64,000 nucleotides of DNA from Myxococcales bacterium UBA1238 (lineage in GTDB: Bacteria > Myxococcota_A > Bradymonadia > UBA7976 > UBA1532), in contig DBWM01000010.1 in the NCBI GenBank assembly GCA_002309015.1, positions 62,501 through 126,500 on the forward strand. The letters are read 5' to 3'. How positions within the stretch are numbered: the first letter of the stretch is position 1; each line of letters opens with the position of its first letter. The notes beneath the pieces were generated by a model. It was not told the origin of the DNA. It worked only from the letters and a program-made list of their open reading frames with translations, and made no database searches. The position numbers were made by a program, and so were the translations under genes. Below are positions 39,101 to 47,680 of the stretch, piece by piece.

Positions 39101-41458
39101 CCTTACAAAGGAGATCAGGTTTCATCCACAGCTTATGCGCTTACGTTCGACGAAAATGACTTCGCGCGCGTGGTTTTCACGACCGATATTCCCGGTGAGG
39201 TCGATCATTTTTCGTTTGAGATCACTGAAACGACGAATGTGCTCATTTACACAGAAGGTCTCTATAAGAATGTGGAAGGGAGCCGTTATCGTCAGAGTCC
39301 TTACAGCAAGGATAACGGCAATTGCAGCGGTGATACAGTCCTCGAGCTCTATCGGGACGGTGATTTTGATTACCTGGGCAGCAACGACAACGTCAGCCTC
39401 TTTAGGGAGACCTTAAATTACTGTTCTCGCCTGGGCGAAGATAATTTCCTGCCGATGGCCAAGTTGCCGGCGGGTAAATACCGCATTGATGTGTATCAGG
39501 CTGACACCGATATCGTGGAACGGATGGGAAACTGGCTGGTTGTGCGTAAGATTCACAAACTGGAGCCAGGAGATTTATGCATGCGCGACGATGAAGATCA
39601 GCCTTGCCCTTATGGCTATGCCTGTAATGGCTCTTGTATGGCAGTGAGATGCGGCGATGGCGTGGTGAGCCAAGAACTAGGAGAAGAATGCGAGCCTCCA
39701 AACAGCGCGACTTGTTCGGATACCTGCCACATCAAACCCCGGGCGACCATCAAACATACGTCCTCTGAAGATGTAGACAGCATCACCCTGATTCCTGGGA
39801 CCGATACATATGTCACATCGGGAAGTGTCAGTAGCATAGTATCCATCGAAGGTGGTCATAAAGTGTTCATCAATGCCATCTCGGGCGCAGCTGATGATGA
39901 TCAGATCTATTACAATCTGTCGCTGGCAGAGGAGCGCTATGTGGTCATCAAATTGGGACGCAAGGATCCGAGCAATAGTGAGCAACCCACATGTGCATTT
40001 AATAGTGAGATCGATGGCAGCTTTATCATTTCTCAATTGAAAGGCGAACCACCGGCTCAGGGTTACTTTGAATACCAGGAAGTCGATGTTTATGTAGATG
40101 CTTGCGAGACGTTTAGGGGTCATTTGCCGGCAGGAGAATGGCGCATTAATGTCCGAAATGTGGCAAACGATGAATTACCCGCGTTCAGCGATTTCACGCT
40201 GCTGGTGGTGATTGGGCAGGAGTTGACGCCTGATCAATCTTGTGAAGATAAAGATGCGAGCGATAAAATCATCGATACCGAGGCGATCCCTTGCGCCGTA
40301 ACCGAAGGTAAGAGCTATTTCTGTGGCAGTAACTCTCACAAATGCGTAGTAGACTGGTGCGGTAGTGGTTATCAGGGCTTGGCAGAAGAATGCGATTATG
40401 GAGACGCGAATGGTAAAGAAGGCAGCAGCTGTTCTTCCACTTGTACATACCGCTATTCCGGGAACGTCTTTACGGCGTCCGGAGTTTCATCACAGACAGG
40501 GAATGTAGAGGCGAAGGGCGTTTATGAGTATTGGAAGCTGTCATTGACGGGGCCTGCGCTCGTTTCCATGGAAACAGTCACAAACGATTGTTCTGCATAT
40601 GCAGTGGGTGACACCTACATGCATCTCTATAGTGCGGCTCTGGGGCAGATCGACGACAAGGAAAGTCAGCCAACGTTTGATGATATCATATATAATGTAA
40701 ATTTCTGCTCCCGCCTGGATAATCTTTTGCTCGATGCGGGAGACTACGCGGTTGCTGTATCAGGTTATAAGACGGGCAGTTATCTCTTAAAGATAAAAAT
40801 ACATTACTTTATTGACAATGATGTGGCATGTGATCGCAAATTCTTCCATGATGTTTACACGGGCGATATCTGTAATCCAAATCAACATCTCATTTGCTGG
40901 ATGCAGACTAACGAAAGTGCAGGGATTTGTTCGCAGTATGGCAGCGATCAACTTTATGATGAGGTCGATACCAGCGAGCAGGACAATGATTCACTGGCAG
41001 CGCTCGAATCGAGTACGCAGACCGTTGCTTCGGTCAATTCAGGCTTTAAGGCTTACATGAACGGTGCTGCCGATACGGATGTCTTTAAGCTCGAATTGGC
41101 GGATTCGACCGAACTTTGGGTTTACACCAGCGATGGTGGGCAGGGTTGTCCCGGCGATACGATCTTAAGGCATAATGGCTCCGGGGCTCAAAATGACGAT
41201 GTGCCCGGTACCAGCAATCGATGCAGCCAGTTTGTGGAGACCTTTGGTGCGGGCACCCATGCCTTTACAGTCACCAACGGTGCCGATCGCGCGCTCAATG
41301 CCAAGTTTGATTACGTGATCCGCTTTAAAGAGACGCTGCCTGAGAACGCTCCCTGCGATCCCGATATGGTCTCAGCCTTCCCGCAAAACCGGTGCCAGAG
41401 TGGGACGACCTGTATCGACAGCGACAAAGACGGTAACGGTATCTGCGTAGCGAACTGA
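36182..41458 (+). CDS. Giant lipoprotein. It has a DGS-hexapeptide repeat region and ~7 modules of Myxococcales-type Cys-rich repeats (TIGR02232-like) alternating with PPC-like (pre-peptidase C-terminal) beta-sandwich domains.
   Basis: 1758 aa. Lipobox LLLVGALGCDDD. The DGSxxD hexapeptide is repeated ~11x (nt 36338..36541). Repeated CGDGxxxxxEECDDGNxxxGDGCxxxC units. Repeated PPC-like units (DWFKFEV...YTIYTMS...DTELFLYNAGKGQISYNDNGG...LTPGLYYVSVRDY). Confidence 0.7.
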   Translation: MSNIKRILWPMLLLVGALGCDDDDNNDPLDMGSSDGTVEGDSGQQGGWHASTDGSTSDGSLDDGSLDDGSQSDGSPEDGSTSDGSPEDGSQSDGSPEDGSTSDGSQSDGSTSDGSPEDGSIHVPRCGDGIIDDGDDSQPNHSSKDLGEECDDGNRINGDGCNYTCKLEPEDPLIYVKPAQDNCQGAFDLPFDRTKKNVSVLYGNEEGESHWFKFKLEEPATVMIHTTAPEVVDLTAPSASDAADAGSVDDLLFCYGDTLLQLYSGAYCTTVEAENDDRGMTGDVENKCSAIYKSLNKGVWHIKASAHGATTDAAGNPQKNLLMVQIIDPVEEGGDCSADRPFPIPCAFNAYCDKATKQCKNNKCGDFVIAGDEQCDDGSEQGILDADTGSYYGCHGCRINPIPEGKPCKDLDYSCGVTPDGVNLVCDAAKDKCIRKSCGDRMVSAGEQCDDGNQIATDGCHECQFTPYNGTETGSAHPFQLNLSADGHAEVVFSLDWPNEEDWFKFEVPETGLYTIYTMSLNEKDCAGDTELFLYNAGKGQISYNDNGGNHGKCSEIKSVLLTPGLYYVSVRDYFGKLILEGDWLVIQKDKALEKGDSCSTDPRSPACNYNLWCSETTHKCVENTCGDFHVAGDEECDDGAQDEDPEDGCNACKMTGIPVGKSCIVNGPIECVFNAYCGESGICVEHGCGDDRLGPLEDCDFSISGTVRCNEQCVTDDVTARFNATVRPDGRIDALYPRGGHNDFEMTLDQDAYVTLDTGDPSCSADTVMTLSKIDQGRILIAENDDKPGSTCSRIEVFLEAGVYRIWVRNYSEYLSNPGYEFVYHAKTLAAAGASCTSNDNCLSADNACCESGYYCRNLVCRQHTCGDGVISSVPNDERKIEECDDGQSEAHDVETDGCYHCKLRPIPDDYPCVADSIYSCEAESYCDEGAGKCKPHVCGDGIVGGVSEQCDNGQNTADDDLSDGCASCVFQPYKGDQVSSTAYALTFDENDFARVVFTTDIPGEVDHFSFEITETTNVLIYTEGLYKNVEGSRYRQSPYSKDNGNCSGDTVLELYRDGDFDYLGSNDNVSLFRETLNYCSRLGEDNFLPMAKLPAGKYRIDVYQADTDIVERMGNWLVVRKIHKLEPGDLCMRDDEDQPCPYGYACNGSCMAVRCGDGVVSQELGEECEPPNSATCSDTCHIKPRATIKHTSSEDVDSITLIPGTDTYVTSGSVSSIVSIEGGHKVFINAISGAADDDQIYYNLSLAEERYVVIKLGRKDPSNSEQPTCAFNSEIDGSFIISQLKGEPPAQGYFEYQEVDVYVDACETFRGHLPAGEWRINVRNVANDELPAFSDFTLLVVIGQELTPDQSCEDKDASDKIIDTEAIPCAVTEGKSYFCGSNSHKCVVDWCGSGYQGLAEECDYGDANGKEGSSCSSTCTYRYSGNVFTASGVSSQTGNVEAKGVYEYWKLSLTGPALVSMETVTNDCSAYAVGDTYMHLYSAALGQIDDKESQPTFDDIIYNVNFCSRLDNLLLDAGDYAVAVSGYKTGSYLLKIKIHYFIDNDVACDRKFFHDVYTGDICNPNQHLICWMQTNESAGICSQYGSDQLYDEVDTSEQDNDSLAALESSTQTVASVNSGFKAYMNGAADTDVFKLELADSTELWVYTSDGGQGCPGDTILRHNGSGAQNDDVPGTSNRCSQFVETFGAGTHAFTVTNGADRALNAKFDYVIRFKETLPENAPCDPDMVSAFPQNRCQSGTTCIDSDKDGNGICVAN

Positions 41459-41559
41459 TCCCGCCAGAGCTTTCCTTTCCTCCATCCTCTCCATACATTT
41501 TCACTCTTTTTTTAAATCATCCTTTGCGGTAACACGCGCCTCTCTTTTTTGGGGAGGGC

Positions 41560-42111
41560 GTGTTGAGTTATTGGACGAAAATAAAGGCCGCAGTTCAGCA
41601 GGCCTGGCATTCGCTGGTGCATCTGGATGACACTCCGCATCGGATCGCCTGGGGATCTGCACTGGGCATGTTTGTGGCTTTTTTGCCCATTGTGGGCATC
41701 CAGATGGCCACTTCTGCTTTGCTGGCCAAGATTTTTCGTGGAAATGTGACCGCCAGTTTGCCCTGGGCCTGGATCACCAATCCGATCACCATTCCACCGA
41801 TTTACTATGGCACTTTTAAGTTGGGTGCTTTGTTTACGGGTGATGAAATCACTTTTGACGCCATTTCAACCAAATTCACCACCATCGGCGATATGGGGTT
41901 TTGGCGCAGTATTTATGAAGGCTATCGCGTCATTCTCGACATCTTCGGACCGATGGTGATCGGCGGCGTGATCGCGGGTGCTTTCTTTGGAGCCATTACC
42001 TATTTTTCGGTCAAAACGGTGGTCATTCGCCTGCGCAGGGACTCTTCTGCTAAACAAGCCGGCATCACATCTCCCTCCGAAGATCCTTCGATCTCTACTT
42101 CCTCTCATTGA
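41560..42111 (+). CDS. DUF2062-family membrane protein
   Basis: 183 aa with a GTG start. HRIAWGSALGMFVAFLPIVGIQMATSALLAKIFRGN...PWAWITNPITIPPIYY is typical of DUF2062. Confidence 0.65.
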   Translation: MLSYWTKIKAAVQQAWHSLVHLDDTPHRIAWGSALGMFVAFLPIVGIQMATSALLAKIFRGNVTASLPWAWITNPITIPPIYYGTFKLGALFTGDEITFDAISTKFTTIGDMGFWRSIYEGYRVILDIFGPMVIGGVIAGAFFGAITYFSVKTVVIRLRRDSSAKQAGITSPSEDPSISTSSH

Positions 42112-42276
42112 TGAGCTGAGCCTTTGAACTCATTTTCCGGTATTCCTTGAATCGGGAACCGGGAAACGGGAAATCCATTGAACTTACAATGGAAGATCAT
42201 TGTTTAAGGTTTCGGGATCCTTTCCCGGGTCTGTGGGTTATTCATCTGCTGCGGGCCGTGATCCAATCCTTGTTCA

Positions 42277-42423
42277 GGCAACATTGAATCACGGCGCGGG
42301 CAACATTGAATCACGGCGCAGGCAACATTGAATCACGGCGCGGGCAACAATGTATCACGGCGCGGGCAACATTGGATCACGGCGCAGGCAACAATGGATC
42401 ACGGCGCGGGCAACAATGGATCC
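42277..42423. repeat. Perfect-phase 22-bp tandem repeat, 6.7 copies (ggcaacattgaatcacggcgcg)
   Basis: Units at 42277, 42299, 42321, 42343, 42365, 42387 and a partial at 42409, with point variants (attgaa/aatgta/attgga/aatgga; gcg/gca). No spacers. Convergent intergenic region. Confidence 0.85.
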
Positions 42424-42504
42424 TGCTTTGAGGAAGAATTTATCCTGAAAGAGGGATCATCAGAAGAAGGGAAGGCGGGCTTTTAAAGATCCTGAAGGCG
42501 GGAT

Positions 42505-42963
42505 TTAATGGGCTTCAATGTGAATGGCTGCGTCTTTGTCTTCGGTGGAGCTGTCTTCAGTTTGTTCGGTGCTTTCTGCATCCTGGTCGGGTACGGAGGC
42601 GTCGCCTGAGGCTTGTTGTGAGTCGTCGCGTTTATTGGATTTTTGGCCCACGAAACAAGCAGCGCCCTTCCATTTGGTGTGGTAAAGCTCGCAGGCGGCA
42701 TTGCAGCTGTCCTTGGCTGAAATGCATCTGCCTACGCTTTCACATTCACCGTCCTCGCCGCATACAAGCTCACAATGTCCATAGCGTACAGTTTGTCCGT
42801 CTGCGCAATCGCATTCCATGTCGCATTCGATATTGGAAACACAGGTGAGTTTGGCGGGTTCCTGTCCGTCGCATTTATCTTCTTCGCAACCCCAGAATCC
42901 GAAGCCCAGGGCGAGGAGCGCCAGGGCGGCAAAGGGGGATCGTGAGTTCAATCGGGTCAGCAT
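42505..42963 (-). CDS. Small Cys-rich secreted lipoprotein with an acidic C-terminal tail
   Basis: The ORF track runs to 43083, but the plausible start is the Met at 42963 (MLTRLNSRSPFAALALLALGFGFWGCEEDKC), giving a signal peptide plus lipobox. 14 Cys in ~80 aa. Confidence 0.5.
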   Translation of the reverse strand: MLTRLNSRSPFAALALLALGFGFWGCEEDKCDGQEPAKLTCVSNIECDMECDCADGQTVRYGHCELVCGEDGECESVGRCISAKDSCNAACELYHTKWKGAACFVGQKSNKRDDSQQASGDASVPDQDAESTEQTEDSSTEDKDAAIHIEAH

Positions 42964-43068
42964 CGTTTCAAATGGGCCTCCATCTTGAGTCAATTGATTT
43001 TTCTTATACCAGTCGCGCGCGGTATCGCCTATAGAGCGGCAGCATTTTCTTTCAGAAAAGAGGGCTCG

Positions 43069-43365
43069 ATGTTTCATTGGCAAGGGATTCTGGTGGGGTT
43101 AGGCTGCTTTTTGATGATCGGCCTGCTGCATCCGGTGGTGATTTGGGGCGAATATTACTTTGGAAAGCGCATCTGGCCGATTTTTTTGCTGCTGGGCATC
43201 GGCTGCGTGATCTTCTCCGGCTTGACTTCAAGCCTCGTCGCGTCGAGTCTGATTGCGGTCTTGGGCTTTTGCTTTTTTTGGTGCATTCTAGAGCTCTTTC
43301 ATCAGGAACGGCGTGTGCAGAAGGGCTGGTTTCCCAAAAATCCGAAGCGAACGTACAAAGAGTGA
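43069..43365 (+). CDS. Small 3-TM membrane protein (DUF4491-like)
   Basis: MFHWQGILVGLGCFLMIGLLHPVVIWGEYYFGKRIWPIFLLLGIGCVIF... The internal Met is chosen over the ORF-track start at 42985. Confidence 0.45.
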   Translation: MFHWQGILVGLGCFLMIGLLHPVVIWGEYYFGKRIWPIFLLLGIGCVIFSGLTSSLVASSLIAVLGFCFFWCILELFHQERRVQKGWFPKNPKRTYKE

Positions 43366-43388
43366 CGCGCGATCCGAAGGAGTTTTAA

Positions 43389-44933
43389 GTGAAAAAGGCG
43401 TTTTATCTTGCAGGACTTGCGGCTTTGGCTTTGGGCTGCTCGACTCATGAAGATGCGGCAAAGCCTTTAAAATCACATACGCAAGCGATCTATCACGGTT
43501 CGCGCACGCCGACGGTGGTCTCGATGACGGACGGACAACTGCTGGCTCTGGGGTGGCTGCACAGCCTGTCGCGACCTGTCAGCTCCTATTGTTCGGGCAC
43601 CATCATTGCGCCCCGCCTGGTGGCGACTGCAAAGCATTGCTTTGACGAAAACTCCCGCGCGGTGAGCATCGGATTCAGCGTGGGCCAATTGCGCGAGGAA
43701 CCCGTACATACCTTTACGCTCAATACTTTTTTGCTTCACGAAACCCGCGATGTGGCGCTTTTGGTGCTCGCGGAAGATGCGACCGAGGTTGTGCCCGGGC
43801 TTACGCCGATCCCGTTTAACCGAACCGCGATGACGAGGGCCGATGAAGGGCGCATGGTGCAGGCTGCAGGTTATGGCCGGACCGACAACGGCGCTACGGG
43901 TCGATTCTTTGCCGAGGTCAAGCTCACCGGGGTGACGGACGAGATGATCATCGTAGACGGCATGGGGCGTCAGGGCATCTGCAGCGGCGATTCCGGGGGA
44001 CCTGCGCTCCTCATGCAGTCGGGAGAATTGGCGGTTGTGGCTGTCGAGACCGAGGGCAGCAGCACCTGCGTGGGTCAGGACAGCATGACGCGCCTAGATC
44101 AGGTGGCCGAATGGATCGACTCCGTGGATCCCGAAAATGTGATACTGACCGACTGCGAGGCGATCGGTCCCAAAGGCCGTTGCGTGGGCAATGTGGCTTT
44201 ATGGTGCGAAACCACTGGCGTGATGCCCTATCGTTGCGCCGACTGGGGACAAATCTGCGGCTACGACGAGCGAAAGGATCGCTATTACTGCATCGATAAA
44301 CCCAACAACTGCGGCGATGTGCCCGAAGAAGGCCGTTGCAGCGAGACGGGCGTCGAATGGTGCGAAGATGGCGAGGTGATGACCGAAAACTGCGCGGAGA
44401 GCGAGCTGGTCTGCCATTTCGACGAGCAACTGGGCTATTACTGCGCCATGCCTTGCAGCGAAGAAGAATCCGTTTGTGAAGATCTGATTTGGCGCAGCTG
44501 CAAAGAGGGCTTTTGGACTTCGCAGGATTGCGCCGCGAGCGAAAAACTCTGCCTGGCCGACATGGGTTGCGTCACAGAAGAAGAATATGAAGATGCGGCT
44601 CTTGCGGACGCCCTGGTGCCGGATGCGGAGTTGGAGGACGCCGATTCAGAGGACGCCGATTCAGAAGACGCCGAGTTGCTGGATGCAGATTTGGAAGACG
44701 CGGAACCTGTGGAAGATGCTGAGCTTTTGCAGGATGCGGCGAAGCAGGATGCAGCGGTTGTCCCCGATGCGGCGAAACAGGATGCAGCGGTTGTCCCCGA
44801 TGCGTCAACGGATTCGGATTCCGGCGGATCCGATGGATGCAGCGCTTTACCGCAATCTGGCGGCCCTGCATGGCTTTGGGCTGGTTTAGGTCTTTTGGCG
44901 ATCGCTCCAGGAAGGCGTTTGCGAAAAAAATGA
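43389..44933 (+). CDS. Lipoprotein trypsin-like serine protease (S1 family) with C-terminal 6-Cys repeat modules, an acidic repeat region and a MYXO-CTERM-like tail
   Basis: 514 aa. Lipobox LALGCSTHED. Catalytic triad motifs TAKHC / DVALLVL / GICSGDSGGPAL. Four ~40-aa modules (C..G.C.GNVALWCETTG...CADWGQICGYDE..DRYYC). C-terminus GCSALPQSGGPAWLWAGLGLLAIAPGRRLRKK. Confidence 0.8.
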   Translation: MKKAFYLAGLAALALGCSTHEDAAKPLKSHTQAIYHGSRTPTVVSMTDGQLLALGWLHSLSRPVSSYCSGTIIAPRLVATAKHCFDENSRAVSIGFSVGQLREEPVHTFTLNTFLLHETRDVALLVLAEDATEVVPGLTPIPFNRTAMTRADEGRMVQAAGYGRTDNGATGRFFAEVKLTGVTDEMIIVDGMGRQGICSGDSGGPALLMQSGELAVVAVETEGSSTCVGQDSMTRLDQVAEWIDSVDPENVILTDCEAIGPKGRCVGNVALWCETTGVMPYRCADWGQICGYDERKDRYYCIDKPNNCGDVPEEGRCSETGVEWCEDGEVMTENCAESELVCHFDEQLGYYCAMPCSEEESVCEDLIWRSCKEGFWTSQDCAASEKLCLADMGCVTEEEYEDAALADALVPDAELEDADSEDADSEDAELLDADLEDAEPVEDAELLQDAAKQDAAVVPDAAKQDAAVVPDASTDSDSGGSDGCSALPQSGGPAWLWAGLGLLAIAPGRRLRKK

Positions 44934-44951
44934 TGCAGGAGAAGATCTGAA

Positions 44952-46049
44952 ATGTTGCGCAATGCCTTGGTTTTATGGAGTGCGTTTTCACTTGTGGCCT
45001 GCCAGGCACCGGAAGATGCGCCGCAAGTGGCGACTGTAAATCGAGCGATCGTCAATGGATCCCGAACGCATCACAGCGAGATTGTGCCGTTGAGCGAGGG
45101 GCAGCTGAAAGCCTTTGGATATCTTCACAAATCGGGCCAGGAAACGCGCATGTTTTGTACGGGTACCCTCATCGGACCGCGTCTGGTGGTGACCGCCCGG
45201 CATTGCGTGCATGACGATGAGCATTGTGTGGACAAAGAGGAGAGGGTCACCTGTACCGATGGTGATTTAAAGCCGCAGCAGGTTCAGTTTTCGATCGGTC
45301 AATTGAACGCAGAACCGGATCACACGTTTCCGGTATCAAAGATTCACTACCGTACAGATGCAGATCTCGCGGTCTTAATCCTTTCGCAGGACGCCACAGT
45401 GGTGGTGCCCGGACTGACGCCGCTCTCCTGGAATCGCAACGCTTCGCTTTCGGAGTTTGTGGAGCAGAAGATCGAGGTGGTGGGTTATGGCAATAACGCG
45501 CCCAACGGCGGCAAGGATTATTTTAATGGCCGCTTTTTTGCGGATTTAAAGTTTGCCAAACTCGACGATCGCTATGTCTGGGTGGACGGTGAGGGTGAGA
45601 AGGGGCTTTGCGATGGCGATTCCGGAGGGCCCGCATTGCTGACGATCGATGGGGAAGCGGTTGTGGTCGCGGTGGAATCTTTGGGCGAGGAAACCTGCCT
45701 GGGACTGGATAAGATGACTCGCCTCGACGGGTTTGCCGAATGGATTGAAGACCTCGATTCCGACGTTGAGACTTCGGATTGCGGGGGGGTGGATTACGCG
45801 GGCTATTGCGAAGACAGCAGGGTCATTTGGTGTGAAGACGGTCAGCTTTGGCATTACGACTGCGACAGTGATGGCCTGAGATGCGGCTACGATGGGGAGG
45901 GATACAACTGCCTCGATGAGGGGAGTGAATGGCTTTGGGGTGAAGGTGAGGATGGCTGCGGAATGATGCCGCATCGCGGTGGGATCAGTCTGTTTTGGCT
46001 TTGTGTCTTGGGCGTTTCCGCCGTAAGAATCCATCGTCGCAAACGGTGA
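44952..46049 (+). CDS. Lipoprotein trypsin-like serine protease (S1), paralog 2, with Cys modules and a MYXO-CTERM-like tail
   Basis: 365 aa. Lipobox SLVACQAPED. TARHCVHDDEHC / DADLAVLIL / CDGDSGGPALL. C-terminus DGCGMMPHRGGISLFWLCVLGVSAVRIHRRKR. Confidence 0.8.
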   Translation: MLRNALVLWSAFSLVACQAPEDAPQVATVNRAIVNGSRTHHSEIVPLSEGQLKAFGYLHKSGQETRMFCTGTLIGPRLVVTARHCVHDDEHCVDKEERVTCTDGDLKPQQVQFSIGQLNAEPDHTFPVSKIHYRTDADLAVLILSQDATVVVPGLTPLSWNRNASLSEFVEQKIEVVGYGNNAPNGGKDYFNGRFFADLKFAKLDDRYVWVDGEGEKGLCDGDSGGPALLTIDGEAVVVAVESLGEETCLGLDKMTRLDGFAEWIEDLDSDVETSDCGGVDYAGYCEDSRVIWCEDGQLWHYDCDSDGLRCGYDGEGYNCLDEGSEWLWGEGEDGCGMMPHRGGISLFWLCVLGVSAVRIHRRKR

Positions 46050-46283
46050 TTCGACGCGCTCTTCGGATTCATCGGGGCAATCTTTCGCCCTTTGACGGTC
46101 TTCACCGCATTTTTTTGAAATCCACCCGATTTATCTCTTCTTTCACCCTCAAAACGGTTGTACGTTAACGGCGTTTGGTGCCTAACGGGCGATCGTGTTT
46201 CACTTTTGGGTCGCCAGTTTGACTTGAGAAGCCGATCTTTCATTGGGCAATGACCTTTGGCTTTACCTTCATAAGGAGATGAC

Positions 46284-47474
46284 ATGCGAATTTCTCACGT
46301 GGCTGCAGCGCTCGCCTGCGTTTCGCTTTGTGCCTGCACCGAAGAGGAGAGGGAACAAATCCGTTCTTCCGACGAATCTTTCGAGTGGGTCCAAAGCCCC
46401 ATCGTCAACGGATCCCGCACACATGACTCCAGCATCGTCGATTTAACCGACGGGCAATTGAAGGCTTTCGGGTATCTTCACCGCTACGGCTCCAATCGAA
46501 CCATGTTCTGTTCGGGGACCATCATCGCTCCGCGCGTTGTGGCGACCGCCCGTCACTGCGTGCACGACGAGGATTCACCGTCCAGCGATACACGCCCGGG
46601 TGACATCCAGTTCTCCATCGGCATGTTCAATTCCAGCCCGGAATACACCTTTAACGTCTCTGAAATTCACTACAACCAGAATGTGGACGCCGCCATCCTG
46701 GTGTTGTCCGAGGATGCCACGGCGGCAGTGGACGGTCTGACGCCCATTCCCATGAACCGATCCGGGGCGCTTTCGGGCTTCGTAGGCAAGAAGGTGCAGG
46801 TTGCAGGGTATGGGAACACCGTGGGCAACGGTGGATCGGGTTATTACAAGGGGCGTTATTTCGCCGAAGTGCGTTTGGCTTCGGTCGATAACACCATGAT
46901 CAATGTTGACGGTGAAGGGCTTGAAGGCATTTGCGACGGGGATTCCGGCGGTCCCGCACTTTTGACCGTCAATGACCAGGTGGTGGTGGTCGCGGTCGAA
47001 TCGAACGGCGCCATGTCCTGCGTCGACGTGGATCATATGACGCGCCTCGATCGAATTGCCTCCTGGATCGACAGCTTCGATCCCGACGCGGATTCGAATG
47101 AGAACCCCTGTGGTAATGTGTCGTACGTCGGTTACTGCGATGGAAACGTTGCCGTGTGGTGCAACACCGAAGATGGCGTTTCCGCGATCGCACGCCGTGA
47201 CTGCGCTGCTGAAAACAAAGTTTGCGGCTATAGCACCTCGTATGGCTACTATTGCATCGATGGTAACGGGGGATCTACCGGCGGTAACGGTGGCTCTGGC
47301 AGCGGTGGATCGGGTGGATCCTCCGGAGTGACAGGCACCAACGGATCGGGTGGAAGCTCTGTCCCCACCAATACTACGCGCGGTTGCTCTTCGATGCCCG
47401 GTCAGTCCCAGGGTATCTGGGGCTTCTTGCCGGTGATTGGCCTCCTGGCCCTCCGTCGTCGTCGCAACGCGTAA
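46284..47474 (+). CDS. Lipoprotein trypsin-like serine protease (S1), paralog 3, with Cys modules, a Gly/Ser linker and a MYXO-CTERM-like tail
   Basis: 396 aa. VSLCACTEEE. TARHCVHDED / VDAAILVL / CDGDSGGPALL. C-terminus RGCSSMPGQSQGIWGFLPVIGLLALRRRRNA. Confidence 0.8.
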   Translation: MRISHVAAALACVSLCACTEEEREQIRSSDESFEWVQSPIVNGSRTHDSSIVDLTDGQLKAFGYLHRYGSNRTMFCSGTIIAPRVVATARHCVHDEDSPSSDTRPGDIQFSIGMFNSSPEYTFNVSEIHYNQNVDAAILVLSEDATAAVDGLTPIPMNRSGALSGFVGKKVQVAGYGNTVGNGGSGYYKGRYFAEVRLASVDNTMINVDGEGLEGICDGDSGGPALLTVNDQVVVVAVESNGAMSCVDVDHMTRLDRIASWIDSFDPDADSNENPCGNVSYVGYCDGNVAVWCNTEDGVSAIARRDCAAENKVCGYSTSYGYYCIDGNGGSTGGNGGSGSGGSGGSSGVTGTNGSGGSSVPTNTTRGCSSMPGQSQGIWGFLPVIGLLALRRRRNA

Positions 47475-47680
47475 CGCTTTCTCCATCTATCCCCCCGGTA
47501 TCACCCTCCTTCCCTTTCGCTCAACACCGATCACCCCCTGTAAGCAACGCGTTGCCCGGAATGTTTGGGGCATGTTCCCGGCCAGTAGTCCCTTTTTGCG
47601 GTGCAAATCAATGCCCTTTTTCTGGGTGTATTTTACTGTAACCTCTTTGTATTTTTTTTTGAATCACAAGTGAGAGCATC

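Noticed and set aside
42277-42423. Possible CRISPR array, because it is regularly repeated 22-bp units
   Set aside because: The units are directly adjacent with no spacers, and the 22-bp unit is too short for a CRISPR repeat. It is a plain tandem repeat. No cas genes are in the window.
46575-47486. 303-aa minus-strand ORF
   Set aside because: It is antisense to the third S1 protease gene, which has intact catalytic motifs.
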